From the sequence record MZ443783.1: a stretch of DNA of 64,000 nucleotides. The stretch is one strand, 5' to 3'. Positions 9,979 through 18,228 of this stretch are shown piece after piece (position 1 is the stretch's first letter; the number at the start of each line of letters is the position of its first letter). A program made the translations under genes and the position numbers. A model generated the notes under the pieces. The model was not told the DNA's origin and did not search any database. It was given only the letters and a program-made list of their open reading frames with translations.

Positions 9979-10509
9979 ATGACGGAAAAGATTGAACAGT
10001 TGGCGAAGTGGTATGACGCGGCAAAGACCGCGTTTAAGATGGGCACTCTCAATCCTAACGGTAACATTGCGTTGCTGTTGAGTATTCTGGCCCGTCTGAA
10101 TAAGTCAGTAGACGAAGCCGCTCCTGGTCCTGTGCGTGATCAGGCAGAAAAGGAACGTGCTGAGTTTCTTGACGAGCTGGCTGGTGAGGTCGATATGTAC
10201 GAACTCATTCGCAAGCGCTTCAACAACGATCTGTACCCAGGCATTACTGTGAGTGAAGACGTGAAGGTGTATGTTGCCCTCATGTCTGATCGCCCAGGCA
10301 GTGCTGTAATGGCGATGACCTTCCTGCACCTTGCACGTTGCTACACGCTCAAAGACATGATCATTAACTTTCTCCCGAACGGCTTCCCAGCTGAGGACGC
10401 ACTTGGCCTCACTTGGAGCATACAGAAGACAGACACCGGAAACCTGGTGGATGATATTGATTCTGTAAATAGCCTGTACAATAAGATGTATAACTCTGGA
10501 GATAAGTAA
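9979..10509 (+). CDS. hypothetical protein
   Basis: 176-aa ORF, AGAGG RBS. Confidence 0.65.
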   Translation: MTEKIEQLAKWYDAAKTAFKMGTLNPNGNIALLLSILARLNKSVDEAAPGPVRDQAEKERAEFLDELAGEVDMYELIRKRFNNDLYPGITVSEDVKVYVALMSDRPGSAVMAMTFLHLARCYTLKDMIINFLPNGFPAEDALGLTWSIQKTDTGNLVDDIDSVNSLYNKMYNSGDK

Positions 10510-11102
10510 TGGATTTATCTGCATTAGGTTACGCACCGAAGCAGTTCCGAGTAATCCCCGTTGAGAAGGGCAACCTCGTGACTGACTTCATTCAAGGTAA
10601 GTTCCGCGTTATCGGCGTTGAGTGCAACGCTCGTGGTGCTTACGGAAGCCCGATTCAAAAGAGTATTGCCCGTCGTTTCCCTGAAGTCGTGAACCGCGTC
10701 AACGCCGTTGATTACGAACACGAATTAACAATCGGTAAGACGCATTTGGTTCGCGTTCGCACACAAGCCCGTCGTGATTTGTTTGTTGCTAACATGCACA
10801 TTGCGCGTGGCTTTGGTCTGGGTCTGAATGGTTCGTCTGAGGGTCATCATAAGCCCGTTAACCGTTTCAGTGAAAAGTTCCTGACGCGGGCGTTTGAACA
10901 TCTGCTGGAGCAGTGCGATAAAGAAAACATCGCACCAGACCGACAGATTGCTATTCAGCGTTTCTATGGCGGACTCGGCGGAGTTTCTTGGGAAGAGGTT
11001 TGTGTTGTGCTCGATGCTATCTGTGAGAAGCACCAGTTCAACATGTATGCCTACTTGCCAAAGAACTACAATACTAACTACGTGCGGGGTTCCGCGCAAT
11101 AA
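10509..11102 (+). CDS. macrodomain (ADP-ribose binding/hydrolase, Poa1p/DarG-like)
   Basis: KGNLVTD, VECNARGAYGSPIQKSIARRFP, VANMH, IAIQRFYGGLGGVSW (cf. IAxPxIGxGxGGxxW). Confidence 0.7.
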   Translation: MDLSALGYAPKQFRVIPVEKGNLVTDFIQGKFRVIGVECNARGAYGSPIQKSIARRFPEVVNRVNAVDYEHELTIGKTHLVRVRTQARRDLFVANMHIARGFGLGLNGSSEGHHKPVNRFSEKFLTRAFEHLLEQCDKENIAPDRQIAIQRFYGGLGGVSWEEVCVVLDAICEKHQFNMYAYLPKNYNTNYVRGSAQ

Positions 11103-11117
11103 CTCTGGGGTGTATTG

Positions 11118-11450
11118 ATGAACACAATACGCGGATTTGATTGGCTCTTTTACGGAGATGGAACCGATAGTGGCCAACACTCAATTGTAAGTCTTGTTGT
11201 CGATCAGACAGCAAAATCAATACAGGTAGAAGTAGAGCCAGGATGCGCCGTACCTGTAATTCAAGCGATTCAGGAAAATGATGTCCTGTACGCTCAGGCC
11301 GAGGCTGGCCTTTATCGTATTCGTTACAGTTGCTCATTCCGAACGTTGGATGCTAACGTCTTCCCGCCCACCAAGACTAACTTCCAGTTGAAGTTGATCG
11401 CGTGTGACTTCCTTGCGGGTGTTACTACTCACGATAAACTTCTGGACTAA
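11118..11450 (+). CDS. hypothetical protein
   Basis: Packed ORF. Confidence 0.6.
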   Translation: MNTIRGFDWLFYGDGTDSGQHSIVSLVVDQTAKSIQVEVEPGCAVPVIQAIQENDVLYAQAEAGLYRIRYSCSFRTLDANVFPPTKTNFQLKLIACDFLAGVTTHDKLLD

Positions 11451-11455
11451 GCACT

Positions 11456-12214
11456 ATGATTACAGTAAAGAATATTGAACTGCGTTTGAAAAGAATAGAC
11501 TATACTCGGCCATCACCGACCCGTGAACGGCTTGAGGAACTTGTGGCTGATGGACGTTCACGTATCTTGAAGTCGGCGCAGATTGATGGACTGTGTCCTG
11601 AATCTGATCGTTACTTTGAGTTCTGCCTGTCGCAAGTTGGTTCATTCTGCACTGCATCATACAACGCTGTGGAGATCGCTCTCTGCATCGGTCTGCAACC
11701 TATCCACGTTGCTGCCGCTATCAGCGTTCACGGTTTCGAATGGTCGCATCGTCTTCTTGGTTTGAAGCGATTCGCTACCCTCGATCGTGGTGGCTTTACC
11801 GTCTGGAAATCTGCTGACTCTTGGTTCTCGTTATGCGAAGCGCAGCGTCGAGCTACTGCCGTGCGTGGCGATCAGGTTATCTCTACTGGTCAGTCTAAGC
11901 TGCGTCAGGCTGTACGCAACGGCGACATGGCCAAGATACTTGAGATTGCTCAATCGCATCCCCATCGCATGATGAGCATTCTCGATGTACGCAAAGAGCT
12001 TTATAGTGACCCGCGTTTGGAGAAGTCTAAGCGCGAACGCGAAGCCAAGAAAAAAGAACTGGCTGCCGAAGGTAAGAAGTTAGCTGAACGCGGTTCGTAC
12101 AACGATCTTGGTACTGTATTCAACGGGCCAATTACCAAACCAGATCGCACTCGTGGTATTGATGATTCTTCTCAAACACGAAGTACGGTTAGTGGTCGTC
12201 GTTTTCGTGTCTGA
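11456..12214 (+). CDS. hypothetical protein, basic C-terminus
   Basis: 252-aa ORF. Confidence 0.65.
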   Translation: MITVKNIELRLKRIDYTRPSPTRERLEELVADGRSRILKSAQIDGLCPESDRYFEFCLSQVGSFCTASYNAVEIALCIGLQPIHVAAAISVHGFEWSHRLLGLKRFATLDRGGFTVWKSADSWFSLCEAQRRATAVRGDQVISTGQSKLRQAVRNGDMAKILEIAQSHPHRMMSILDVRKELYSDPRLEKSKREREAKKKELAAEGKKLAERGSYNDLGTVFNGPITKPDRTRGIDDSSQTRSTVSGRRFRV

Positions 12215-12266
12215 AAAACAGATAACGGTAATTTCGACAGGTCAAAACAAATAACGGAACACTATC

Positions 12267-13037
12267 ATGAGCAACGTTGATAAAACAATGCCACAAGGTC
12301 GCTGGGAATTTAACGAACCAGTTGCTGCTGTCTTCGATAACATGTTGCAAAACTCCATTCCTTCGTATGACCGTATGCGTGACCTAACCTATCGTCTTGG
12401 TCGCCAGTTCGTAACTCCAGGTACGGCCATTGTTGATTTGGGCGCATCGCTTGGTCGCGCTATCGAACCCTTCTGCGCTGAGTTTGGTGAGTACCATTAT
12501 ATTCATGCTGCTGACCGCCCTGAGCCAGACCGTGAAATCGGCAATCATTATTGCTGTTATGAAGTCGCACCTGCAATGCTTGAGCGTCTTCGTCAAAACG
12601 AAGTGCTGGTCAACGCCAAAGCGAAAATCAGTAGTGAGTCGCTGGTTGAAGTCGATACTTTCCGCTTCGACGAGCAGGTTGAGTGCTCCCTGATTTTGAG
12701 TGTGCTGACTCTCCAGTTCACTCCTATCGAACATCGCCAACACATTCTGGAGAAAGTGTACGACTCTCTGGAGAAAGGCGGTGCTTTCATTCTGGTTGAG
12801 AAAGTGTTGGGTGACGACAACTTCCTTGACCGTTTGCTGGTAGACACCTACTACGGCATGAAGGGCGACAACGGTTATTCGCAGGAATCTATTGCGACTA
12901 AGCGCAAAGCTCTCGAAGGCGTACTGGTGCCTGTGAAAGCTGCATGGAACGAAGAACTGCTGCGTAAAGCAGGCTTCAACCGTGTGGAGTGTTTCTACCG
13001 CGACCTGAACTTTGCTGGATGGATCGCAGTCAAATAA
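12267..13037 (+). CDS. cmoA: CmoA-like carboxy-S-adenosylmethionine synthase
   Basis: WEFNEPVAAVFDNMLQNSIPSY, VDLGASLG, TLQF, GGAFILVEK, KGDNGYS, KRKALEGV (Arg equivalent to E. coli CmoA R199), AGF, LNF; colinear with E. coli CmoA as recalled. Confidence 0.88.
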   Translation: MSNVDKTMPQGRWEFNEPVAAVFDNMLQNSIPSYDRMRDLTYRLGRQFVTPGTAIVDLGASLGRAIEPFCAEFGEYHYIHAADRPEPDREIGNHYCCYEVAPAMLERLRQNEVLVNAKAKISSESLVEVDTFRFDEQVECSLILSVLTLQFTPIEHRQHILEKVYDSLEKGGAFILVEKVLGDDNFLDRLLVDTYYGMKGDNGYSQESIATKRKALEGVLVPVKAAWNEELLRKAGFNRVECFYRDLNFAGWIAVK

Positions 13038-13048
13038 GGTAAAACGAA

Positions 13049-14095
13049 ATGAGCGTAAGTGGTGATATTTATAACATCCCTCAACCGTTCGCCATGTATT
13101 GTGGCAACTGTGAAACTCGTGCTCAGGCAAAAGTTGCCTCAGGCACAATCGAATGGGCGTCAGAGAAAGTCTGCTGCGTTGTTGCCGACGATAACGGCCT
13201 GTTCCCTGATGTGCCTCACGTCAACATCGCAAGCGTCCATGCCACAGATGCACGTACTCTGGTAATTGGCTGTGCACCGTTCGGCGGTAAGATTGACGAG
13301 CACATGGACCGCACTATTCGCAGTGCTATCTATCGTGGTCTGAACGTTGCTGCCGCGATGCACAATCGCCTGGCCGATAATCCTGAATACGTTGCGCTGG
13401 CCGAACAGTATAACGTCAAGCTGTATGACTTCCGTCATCGTCCTGACGCGTACCCTCTCGGTACTGGTGAGAAGCGCAAAGGCATTCGTCTGCTGACTGT
13501 AGGTACCGATAGCTCTTGCGGTAAGAAGTTCACGACGCTGACGCTGCACCGCATCCTGAAAGAGATTCACGAAGACACCGTGTTCTGCTCAACTGGCCAG
13601 ACTGGTTTCCTGATCAGCAACTGTGGTATCAACAACGATACGCTGGTGGCCGATTTCCTTGCTGGCGCTGCTGAGTCTTTATCGCCTGATGGTCCTGATG
13701 ATCGTATCTATCTGATTGAAGGCCAGGGTGCTATTACTCACCCAGCGTATACTGGTGGCAGCATGAGCCTGATTGCTGGCTCGCAGCCTGACTACTTCAT
13801 CATGTGTCATGCGTGGGGCCGTAAGAATCAGCTCGGTGTTAAACGCGCACCTGACCTTGCTTTTGAACTAAAGGCCAATCTGGACGCAGCGGCCATTCAC
13901 GGTCTTACTCCTAAGTATCTAGGCATCAGTATCAACTTCTCCGAGAGTGGCCTGACCCTCGAAGAACAAGACGCTGAGATGTGCGCCCTGGAGGACCTGT
14001 ACGATATTCCAGTGTTCGACCCATCGCGTGATCGTATCGTCATCAAAGAGATGGCACACCATCTCAAGACGACTGTAATATTCAGGGGCAAGTAA
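13049..14095 (+). CDS. DUF1611 family protein (DgcN-like N-acetyltransferase / P-loop)
   Basis: LVIGCAPFGG, GLNVAAAMH, RLLTVGTDSSCGKKFTT, STGQTGFLI, DFLAGAAE, LIEGQGAITHPAY. Confidence 0.85.
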   Translation: MSVSGDIYNIPQPFAMYCGNCETRAQAKVASGTIEWASEKVCCVVADDNGLFPDVPHVNIASVHATDARTLVIGCAPFGGKIDEHMDRTIRSAIYRGLNVAAAMHNRLADNPEYVALAEQYNVKLYDFRHRPDAYPLGTGEKRKGIRLLTVGTDSSCGKKFTTLTLHRILKEIHEDTVFCSTGQTGFLISNCGINNDTLVADFLAGAAESLSPDGPDDRIYLIEGQGAITHPAYTGGSMSLIAGSQPDYFIMCHAWGRKNQLGVKRAPDLAFELKANLDAAAIHGLTPKYLGISINFSESGLTLEEQDAEMCALEDLYDIPVFDPSRDRIVIKEMAHHLKTTVIFRGK

Positions 14096-14096
14096 C

Positions 14097-14966
14097 ATGG
14101 CTAAACATCCTCTTCGCAAGCTGTTTGAACAGCACGTAAAGAAAGAGGTCAAAGCCAAAGAAGTGGCCGTTCTGCTTTCGAGCGGCCTCGATGGTTTGGT
14201 TAGCGCACTCGCGGCGCACGATCTCGGCATGAAGGTACACGCCTTTACTTTTCAGATGGGCGATGACCAGAGCTTCGATAGCAAACACGCTGCAATCGTA
14301 GCCCAGAAAATGGGCTGGGAGTTCACGCTCGTTAAGGTGCCAGACTCTGATAGTGCAATCGCCAAAGGCTGGAAGACGTTGCACAAGAGTTTCCGCTGCA
14401 TCAAAAAACGTGATTACGAGTGTGCGTACCCTATGGTGTACTGCTACAAAGCGATCAAAGATGCAGGCTTGAAATACGTGCTTAGTGGTCTGGTGGCTGA
14501 CGGTTACTTCCTGTATAACCGAAACACGCACATTCAGAAAGTAAGCGGCCCGCACTCTATCGCTGAAAAGTATCACGCGTACCGCACCGAATACTTCCGA
14601 CCGTGGATCAAAAGCGGTAAGAAGTCGCTCGGCGTTGACGGCTATAACCCGAGCGGTATGCTGCAACACGAATTGCTGTGTGACCACTTCGGCCTTGTTC
14701 ACGTTAACCCGTGGATGCAGCCGAAAGTATTTGATTACTTCATCAAGTACACATGGCAAGAGTTAAATATGCCTAAGCAGAAAATGCCAATAACAACGGC
14801 TTGGGCAGATCACATCGCAGTTGTTGGACATCGTCCACATCGCGGCTATCAAACAGAAGCTGGAGTGCCTGCGCACTTCGAACGCTTACTGGATAATCCT
14901 GAGATCAACTTCAACGGCCGCAAGCGCATCATGGACGTGGCCCGCGATTGGTCAACGAGGACTTAA
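14097..14966 (+). CDS. asparagine-synthetase C-terminal-like ATP-dependent amide ligase with no glutaminase domain
   Basis: PP-loop VLLSSGLDG, HAFTF..D..HAAIVAQKMG, KYVLSGLVADGYF (cf. VLSGEGxDE), NPWMQPKV (cf. PFLDxxV). Confidence 0.78.
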   Translation: MAKHPLRKLFEQHVKKEVKAKEVAVLLSSGLDGLVSALAAHDLGMKVHAFTFQMGDDQSFDSKHAAIVAQKMGWEFTLVKVPDSDSAIAKGWKTLHKSFRCIKKRDYECAYPMVYCYKAIKDAGLKYVLSGLVADGYFLYNRNTHIQKVSGPHSIAEKYHAYRTEYFRPWIKSGKKSLGVDGYNPSGMLQHELLCDHFGLVHVNPWMQPKVFDYFIKYTWQELNMPKQKMPITTAWADHIAVVGHRPHRGYQTEAGVPAHFERLLDNPEINFNGRKRIMDVARDWSTRT

Positions 14967-14967
14967 T

Positions 14968-15582
14968 ATGTTTGTACACATCATTGACGGTGGTATTGGT
15001 GGGTCTTATGTTGCTCACCAGTTAATGGAAGCTGGGTTTAAATGTCGCGTTCACTCTCCGAATAACAATCGTGTTCGGGCAGTACACGCGCCCTACCCTT
15101 CGCTCTCTATGGGTCACACTGAACAGGAAATTGAAAAGCATATCGGTAACGTGCTTGGTACGTTTCGCGGTCTGTTCCTGATCAGTAGCTACGTTGGTTC
15201 GTTAATCGCAAATCAGATGATCGATCAATGTGGTCAGAGTGGAAACATCATCACCTGTGACGATCTCAAGTGTGGTTCAATACCTGTTGTTGCTTCATCC
15301 ATTTCTGTAAACGTCTATAAGAAGCAAAGACAACTGGCACGTATCTCGCATCGCCTGAAACACTTCGACATTGACCACGAGTTCATTGTCGCGGATAAGG
15401 CTGTGCGTTTTGCTGCTGGTTCGGAGTATGATGAGCACGATGCTCGAAAGGAGTTTAACAACAACGCCAAATTCCTTTCGAGTCCGTCAATGATTGTTGC
15501 TGCACACAAACTCGGTGTGAAGAACAGTATGTACCACAACTATGCGGGACTGGTGCGCGAGTTTCTTGAGAAGCGCCAGTAG
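14968..15582 (+). CDS. unknown; N-terminus resembles glutamate racemase (DSGxGG) or a Rossmann dinucleotide-binding motif
   Basis: MFVHIIDGGIGGSYVAHQLMEAGF; ATG 2 nt after the previous stop; racemase catalytic Cys motifs not seen. Confidence 0.6.
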   Translation: MFVHIIDGGIGGSYVAHQLMEAGFKCRVHSPNNNRVRAVHAPYPSLSMGHTEQEIEKHIGNVLGTFRGLFLISSYVGSLIANQMIDQCGQSGNIITCDDLKCGSIPVVASSISVNVYKKQRQLARISHRLKHFDIDHEFIVADKAVRFAAGSEYDEHDARKEFNNNAKFLSSPSMIVAAHKLGVKNSMYHNYAGLVREFLEKRQ

Positions 15583-15600
15583 CAGTAACGCGAGGGCACG

Positions 15601-15864
15601 ATGATTAATCGCTTTCAATTGAAGAAAGTTCCGACGCTCGAAGCGTGTCAATGGAACGGGGAGAACGTCGAGGAGATGCAGAAGTTCATCGACGGTCACG
15701 GTTATGTTGTTGGGCGTTATGTCCAGATTGGTGTGCTCGATGAATATCGCAAGCCGTCTATTGCTAACGTGTCTGTAGGCAACTACGCAGTTAAGCACGA
15801 AGACGGTCGGTTCGATGCGATGACAGCAAGCGAACTGATGGACAAATACGTTCTGGCGGATTGA
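15601..15864 (+). CDS. conserved small phage protein (EAxQWxGxN type)
   Basis: LEACQWNGENVEE motif, GAGGG RBS. Confidence 0.65.
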   Translation: MINRFQLKKVPTLEACQWNGENVEEMQKFIDGHGYVVGRYVQIGVLDEYRKPSIANVSVGNYAVKHEDGRFDAMTASELMDKYVLAD

Positions 15865-15871
15865 GGGCATA

Positions 15872-16327
15872 ATGAATCTGTTTTCTATTTTAAAGCAACA
15901 GGTAAAGAAAGCGCTGTCCACCGAAGCGAATCACGAACCAGAGATTCGTGCGTTGTTCGACTGGCGCTACTCTGTTGAGATCAAAGGCCAGATGTACATT
16001 GTCGGTAAGACTGGAGCAAACACTTGCTTCTATGTCGAGCCTGGTACTGACGAGCCGATTGCGTGTTACCCTGATGCGCTGCTGGAGAAGATTGACCAGT
16101 GGGGCGGAAGCAAGTACGTGTCATATTCGATCTTCTTTAAACGCTTCGATAGCCCAGTTGCCGAGAACATCAAAACTCTCGAAAAGGCAATGAGCGGTAA
16201 GCCCAAGTCATACAAGAAAGGCTACTTCATCTGTGGCGTGACGCCGAAAGGTAAGCGTGTGAAACTCTATCGCTTGCAACAAGGTCTGTCTGGTATGCAG
16301 TGGGTAGCTGTGGAGAAACAAGCATGA
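15872..16327 (+). CDS. hypothetical protein
   Basis: GAGGG RBS, packed. Confidence 0.65.
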   Translation: MNLFSILKQQVKKALSTEANHEPEIRALFDWRYSVEIKGQMYIVGKTGANTCFYVEPGTDEPIACYPDALLEKIDQWGGSKYVSYSIFFKRFDSPVAENIKTLEKAMSGKPKSYKKGYFICGVTPKGKRVKLYRLQQGLSGMQWVAVEKQA

Positions 16328-16533
16328 GTAAGCGCATTCAATTTCTTTTGTCCTGTAGCGCGTTTGTCTCAGGCTTGTTCTTGACTCTGGTGATCTTCGC
16401 TCTGATTGTGTTCAATGTGGTTATGGACATATCGAAGGAAGTAACCACGCCGCTGTTGATCGTTCTCGTTGTCTGTTTTATTAACAACATGTCAACGGTG
16501 TTCTTGATGCGGACCAACAACTCTAAATCGTAA
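16324..16533 (+). CDS. small two-TM membrane protein
   Basis: ATGA overlap; two hydrophobic segments. Confidence 0.6.
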   Translation: MSKRIQFLLSCSAFVSGLFLTLVIFALIVFNVVMDISKEVTTPLLIVLVVCFINNMSTVFLMRTNNSKS

Positions 16534-16562
16534 CGCGCGGTCTGTCCGTGTGAGGAGCAAGT

Positions 16563-16856
16563 ATGATTAGTGACATTACAGTCGGCCATATCTACAAGTC
16601 GCCTAGCGACAAGCCATTTATTGTTGACTGCATTGCTGCACACGGACAGGATTGCTCACTGCCTATGGTTGTCTATCGTAATCTCGAACCTACATCAGAC
16701 AGCCCTGCTAATAGCGTGTGGGTAATCCCAGAATCGTTGTTTGTGATGCAGTTCTCTGAGTACGAATCAGGAGAGCACCATGAACACAACGAGCTTGTAT
16801 CGTCATCTGGAATCAAGGGGATTTGCTCCTTCTTCCTATCACTGTTGGCTAAGTGA
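16563..16856 (+). CDS. DUF1653-like small beta-barrel protein
   Basis: GHIYKS..FIVDCIA..MVVYRNL..VWVIPESLF; GAGGAG RBS. Confidence 0.6.
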   Translation: MISDITVGHIYKSPSDKPFIVDCIAAHGQDCSLPMVVYRNLEPTSDSPANSVWVIPESLFVMQFSEYESGEHHEHNELVSSSGIKGICSFFLSLLAK

Positions 16857-17296
16857 AACGCAAATGACCGTGCCGCTGTTTGGCTTTGATAGAGCTATGC
16901 GCGGTCTACAGGTCTACACGCCAGATGCACCAAAGCACGATAAGAATCCAAAAGAGTGTCGCTACTTCACGCGAGCATTCGGTGGCAAGCAGTTGGTGTG
17001 GGGATCGGAAATTAAACCTGAACGGGTCGACCGTATTCTTAACTGAGTCTGTGTTCAAGGCGTGTGCGCTACATCGTCTTGGACTCAATGCTTGGTCCGT
17101 TCTCGGGTCTAATGTGAGTGAGCATCTGTACCATCAGCTTCGACTTCTTGGTCTACGTTTCGTCTGTCTTGGCGATAACGATAAAGCAGGACTGGAGTTT
17201 AGTCAGACGTTCGGACTAGGCGCGGTCAGTGCGGATCTTGATGAGATGACTGATGAGCAGTTGCTTGATTTAACTTTACCCTTCGTAAGGAAATAG
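16780..17296 (+). pseudogene. Toprim primase-like gene split by a +1 frameshift near 17011
   Basis: Frame A ends RYFT..LVWGSE; frame B continues LNLNGSTVFLTESVFKA..CLGDNDKAG (Toprim E and DxD). Confidence 0.65.
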
Positions 17297-17298
17297 AA

Positions 17299-17727
17299 AT
17301 GTCACGCGAAGTTATCGTCCGTATCTTAGGCCCTGTTGGTGCTGGCAAGTCTGCTGTGTATGCAACTCTGGTCAAAGCGCTGACTCAAATCGGTGTTGAC
17401 GTCAAACATGCCGATGAGAAAGCGTGGAAGTCTCTGGAGAACGCAGGCGAAGTTGCGCTGTCTACCGAAACGCTGAACGAACTCACACCTGTTGTGACGT
17501 TTGAAGAAGCTGGTATTCGCACTGATGCGTCCGCAAGCCAGAACTCTATCATGCAGTTCTTTGCTTATGCGCATCTTCCGCCGCACCTGCAAGCTGTGAG
17601 CAAACCGTTCGCGTTGCTGGCACAAGAGATGGATCAGAACCTTCCACAAGGTCCTGAGAAGTCTGCTGGTCTGCGCAAGCTGCTTGAGGCGAAAGACTGC
17701 ATGGTTCGCCAGCTCGTTTCCAAATGA
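17299..17727 (+). CDS. fusion of a short P-loop segment and a helical-hairpin domain
   Basis: GPVGAGKS at the N-terminus; C-terminal QFFAYAHLP..PEKSAGLRKLLEAKDC. Confidence 0.6.
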   Translation: MSREVIVRILGPVGAGKSAVYATLVKALTQIGVDVKHADEKAWKSLENAGEVALSTETLNELTPVVTFEEAGIRTDASASQNSIMQFFAYAHLPPHLQAVSKPFALLAQEMDQNLPQGPEKSAGLRKLLEAKDCMVRQLVSK

Positions 17728-18047
17728 GTCTCGATCTCTTAGTGCCGCCTATCGGTCTGGAGCGCATTGAGTATCGTAACTACAACTACGACAATGTTAG
17801 CCTCAACATTTTGAACATCATTAGCGTAGTGCCGAGCGCATTCAAGTCATATCCTGATAATGAAGGCACTCCGTCTATTGCATTCGAAATACGTGGGCGA
17901 GAGAAGCCTGTCCACTGGATTATCCCTAAAGGGAAGTACGGTGCGAACGCTACGGCGTTGCGGGACAGACTACTCCATCGTTTGCAGACAGGTGGCTATT
18001 CGCATTTGGTGGCTGCTGACGAACTGATCGCTGACTTACAGAAATAA
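17724..18047 (+). CDS. hypothetical protein
   Basis: ATGA overlap, followed by a terminator. Confidence 0.6.
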   Translation: MSLDLLVPPIGLERIEYRNYNYDNVSLNILNIISVVPSAFKSYPDNEGTPSIAFEIRGREKPVHWIIPKGKYGANATALRDRLLHRLQTGGYSHLVAADELIADLQK

Positions 18048-18051
18048 CCCA

Positions 18052-18076
18052 AGGGTGGCCATTAGGCTGCCCTTTT
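18052..18076 (+). terminator. intrinsic terminator
   Basis: AGGGTGGCC-ATTA-GGCTGCCCT followed by TTT. Confidence 0.8.
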
Positions 18077-18201
18077 CTGATCTTAGACAACTAAAACAAG
18101 CCCATAAGGACAGAGTAGAACCGTGCGTAAAGCGTATAAAACCATGTGTAGGCAGCGTAGAAACACCACCTTTTTCTTGAGCAGTGGGAAGCGCTTAAAA
18201 A

Positions 18202-18215
18202 CTGTAAATACTGAT
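18202..18215 (+). promoter_or_regulatory. putative promoter motif CTGTAAATACTGAT
   Basis: Recurs at 34135 and 43175, each upstream of a gene start. Confidence 0.45.
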
Positions 18216-18228
18216 AAAGGAGAGAAAA

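Noticed and set aside
12267-13037. CmoA homologue as purely a tRNA-modification auxiliary gene
   Set aside because: This is not excluded but is disfavoured. No cmoB is nearby, and the phage C5-MTase shows the basic pocket residues expected for Cx-SAM use.
14821-14967. N-terminal extension of the 14821..15582 ORF in the track
   Set aside because: It overlaps the ligase gene. ATG 14968 follows the ligase stop with a GAGGA RBS, so it is the likelier start.
16780-16856. 77-nt overlap of 16563..16856 with the primase-like gene as a deliberate overlapping gene
   Set aside because: The overlapping tail lies beyond the DUF1653-like core and looks like incidental read-through.
18077-18200. Structured ncRNA in the longest intergenic gap
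   Set aside because: There is no convincing pairing beyond the terminator. The weak - strand ORF 18091..18297 also lacks support.
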